A DNA stretch of 64,000 nt from Phoronis australis (Eukaryota; Animalia; Phoronida): the NCBI GenBank assembly GCA_002633005.1, contig NMRA01000485.1, positions 248,442 through 312,441 on the forward strand, in the 5' to 3' direction. The notes below the pieces were generated by a model that saw only the letters and a list, made by a program, of their open reading frames with translations, did no database searches and was not told where the DNA came from. Positions 60,901-64,000 of this stretch are shown in pieces. Position numbers and translations under genes: made by a program. The stretch's first letter is position 1. Each line of letters begins with the position of its first letter.

Positions 60901-63900
60901 CAATGGGCCCATTTAAATGTTTAAAACAAAATACTGTTCTGTTAACGTTGTCTATCTTCAAAAGGTTGGAGCATGTTTGACAACTCCCAGCTCAATCAGT
61001 CTGTGTGACTAATATTTAATCACAAACCCCAACACATGACGATGGCGGCTAAATACTACCTACTTCAAAACACAAAATCTAGTTGATAATGCCATGGGAA
61101 GTGTCTTATTGAAAGGGGCATCTTTGCTAAGGGGAGGTTAAAAATGGAGTGTCAGCAGATGATAGAATCAGAAGCCGGTGAACTTGCCGCAACGGTTTTA
61201 TGCCCTTTTAAATGAGATGACTTCTCAAAAAACTCGGTTGTCTTTACTGGGTAGCAAGTGTTATATCAAAATAGTATTTTCGGTTGAGGAAGTTAGTGTC
61301 AGCTCTATTAAGTGACAATTGATTCCTTTCCAAGGTAAATGGTTTTGCCAATAGGCCGTGTTGTTATTGCCGCATTTGCATGAAAAACAACAAAATCTTT
61401 TGCTTGGACTTAATGATTTAAGCCCGTGTTATTCTTGCAGGGGAGTTTGTCCGATTACGACCAAGTGATTGACAGCTGCAGGAAGGCATGGGATGTCTGG
61501 TGTGAGGTAATAGGCCGTTAGCCTGAAAATTTTCCAAAATTAGAATGCAGGAGCATACATTTGGGGATAGCTTGACTGGGGATCATTCAGTGTCGTGTCA
61601 TACACTTCAGATGACAGGTTGATAAAAAGCTGTGTTTACTAACCAATGTGATCATCGTGCAAGCAATCCTCTGCGTCTCGGCAAAGTATTGACATGCGTT
61701 TGAAGTAGTTGTACTCTTGTTGTACAGGTGCCTGGTCCAGTAAGGGGTGAGGTTGTGCGACAGATGGGCGACGCCTTGCGACAGAAAAGGACAGCTCTGG
61801 GAAAACTGGTCAGTAGACATGTGATACTGAATGAGGTTTGCCAAGCTTTACTGTTGGTTATCTAACTAGCAAATGTTCGCATGTGCTTTGGTGGGCAGCT
61901 GTTATCACATGTGTGGTGCCTAAGTTGACCATTGTTATTGTATTGCGATAGATTTATGTTGTGTTGGAGAATTTCTGCTACGCATGACTAAAGCCATAAT
62001 TCTGGGGGTGTGTGTTTGATTGCTCACATCTCGCGTGATCTGCACACTGTCGATATGGCTATTTGAAACTGAGTGTAGTCATGTGACAAGTTGACATAAG
62101 AGAGGAGAGTGTTACATTTGGGGCAATACCATGTGTGGGCTACGATGTTCTGTGTAGCTATGGCCATGGGCTCGCAGCAGTTGCCACTTTTTGGCTCGCA
62201 TAAAATGCTCGAATGTTCCCACGGCTCTTAATGACTCGGTTTTGGGCCCCTCGTTTGAGACCATGGTTCTGTAACAATCGCTTATCTGTAAGAACTTTCC
62301 GTACTATTCTCAAACATTGCGTTTTAAACCACAACCCTATCACTCTCTTCACCTCACTAACATTAGGTCGATCAATTGCTAACCAATAGCCCAAAATATA
62401 GGAACCAGCAAATTGGACTTAACAATGTAAAGAGTTGCAGGCTGTCAAAAGTGGCGGATTTAGGGGGGTCAAGGGTGCCATGGCCCCCCTAAATTTTCCC
62501 ATTTGGCAGTTCGGGTGTGCGATTGTCTGACGGACAAAATTCTGGCCAATACTCTACCCTGGCCCCCTCCCTCCCTAACTCAAAATCCTGGATCTGCCTC
62601 TGGTCAATCTATTCTTGACATTATGTCTTAGGTATCCTTGGAGATGGGCAAGATTCTACCTGAAGGTATTGGTGAGGTTCAGGAGTACGTCGACATATGT
62701 GACTACGCTGTTGGTCTATCGCGCATGTACGCTGGCAAGGTGCTGCCTTCTGAAAGTGAGTGATCTACATGCGGACGTGGCGTTTTGATAAGTATTCCAG
62801 ATATGCAATTGATAATAAGACCTGTTATTGCTATAAGGAGGTAATGCTTGCAGACTGTCAGCTTTCTATATTAACATGTTGTGTGGAAATGATTAGCAGC
62901 CGTGATGAAGTGTGCAAACCACATTACGTAAAATGCACCATTGTTAACAATTTAATATGTACGGGTGATGGTGCTCTTATTTGTTGTTGTAAATTATGAT
63001 TGATCAGTGTTCAAATAGATTTGGACCATGAAAATAACATTTTGCATTAAGTTTGACCAAAAACGCATCTAGTTCAGGTTTTTACCTCAACTCATTTTGA
63101 AACCTGAGCCCACCTGCATCAGTTTTAGCCAAGGTCTTGATCGCGAAGTCTCGTACCTAAAGTTTTAAATGCCATTGCATGTCCAGTGGGGCTAAGGTAT
63201 CGTATGTGATACATTGCCAGGCATACATGAGCTCCTCCTCTGCAGTGTTCCTCTGTATCCCCTTCTCTACAGGGCCTGGTCACATGCTTCTTGAGCAGTG
63301 GAACCCCTACGGTGTGGTGGGCGTCATCACTGCTTTCAACTTTCCTGTGGCTCCTTACGGCTGGAACAGTGCCATCGCTCTGGCCTGTGGCAATTGTCTT
63401 CTCTGGTAAGTTATCACTAGAGTGGACATGGTGTGTACAAAATGTTTGGCTAAAATGTGCACAGCAGTCCGTTTTTTGACTAAGTGGTCATGGTGTTCCT
63501 CAAGAGCGTATTGTTTCCCGACTGTAATTGTTTTATATTATAAAATAGTTGTATCTTTAACTTCCTAAAACCACTTTGATGTAGTAAGTACATGACAGTC
63601 ACTTCTAAAAATCTATTGGTCTGTTTACATCAACCGCTAGCCTACCATTTCAGTCAGTCATTTCTCCGCCCATCTTCAGGTGTTAAGCGTTCTTAGAAGA
63701 ACGAACATGGGTATGTGGTACACTCAGGGTGGTCACTAACAAGCACTTTTTGGATTCTTTCTGACACCCGAAATTTTAGCCGAAGACCTCATCCAACCGT
63801 GCATTGACTGACCGAAACTTCTTGCCATTGAAACAGACTAGAGGTGGGAGTAAATAGACCAATGATGGGATCTTATCGTTGTGCAACACATTTGTCACCT

Positions 63901-63965
63901 CTCACTTTCTCTCTCTCCAGGAAAGGCGCCCCCAGCACACCACTGACCAGTATCGCAATCTCCAA
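57977..63965 (+). CDS. ALDH7A1: Alpha-aminoadipic semialdehyde dehydrogenase (antiquitin), 5' part; continues beyond the window
   Basis: Exons 57977-58059, 59746-59860, 60479-60532, 61441-61506, 61728-61808, 62632-62755, 63273-63405, 63921-63965. [18 protein letters not shown]...[82 protein letters not shown] and WKGAPSTPL are ALDH7 family signatures. Confidence 0.95.
58300..58600 (-). pseudogene. Possible decayed PIF/Harbinger transposase N-terminal fragment
   Basis: GC-richer patch whose minus frame reads WLQWRIQ...[15 protein letters not shown], loosely like the 'PWLxRR...LxxEL...F' N-terminal motif of Harbinger transposases; no DDE core visible. Confidence 0.2.
59459..59639. repeat. ~98-bp tandem duplication in an ALDH7A1 intron
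   Basis: TGATGACAT(G/A)AAAATTCCATTTAAATCCAACCATTT...TTTTAGTCCC..CAATTA at 59459 and 59557. Confidence 0.85.
62449..62602. mobile_element. Short CAGTGGCGGAT-terminus MITE with a 5-bp TSD (hAT5-like)
   Basis: AAGTGGCGGATTTAGGGGGG...AAAATCCTGGATCTGCCTCTG; GTCAA on both sides (62444-62448 / 62603-62607). Confidence 0.65.
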
Positions 63966-64000
63966 GTGAGTTCTTGCTCAACTAGCAACTACAGGCATGC

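Noticed and set aside
1-64000. Remaining 60-146 aa ORFs in the supplied track
   Set aside because: Intronic or repeat-derived, with random composition and no splice-consistent or homology support.

Overview
AT-rich, intron-rich metazoan genomic DNA, probably a marine invertebrate: it has a single JMY/WHAMM pro-orthologue and a nucleoplasmin-type FKBP, which vertebrates lack. I built six spliced genes by hand from GT-AG boundaries with consistent phases. They alternate strictly in orientation as three head-to-head pairs: MYDGF(-)/JMY-WHAMM(+), CCT3(-)/GATAD2(+) and nucleoplasmin-FKBP(-)/ALDH7A1(+, 3' end beyond the window). Introns and intergenic DNA hold many non-autonomous DNA transposons with 8-, 6-, 5- and 2-bp target-site duplications (TSDs), two tRNA-derived SINE heads and several minisatellites. 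The most striking structure is two copies of a 688-bp near-perfect palindromic element (337-bp arms, 14-bp loop, 8-bp TSD). Several differences between the copies are mirrored in both arms, which indicates arm-to-arm homogenisation. One copy sits just upstream of MYDGF, in the presumed divergent promoter; the other lies in a CCT3 intron. Also notable: a 19-nt duplicated, splice-site-flanked micro-exon in CCT3, a tandemly duplicated 84-nt exon in GATAD2, and a Trp-to-Phe change in the JMY/WHAMM acidic motif. All identifications rest on remembered protein families; no database search was run.
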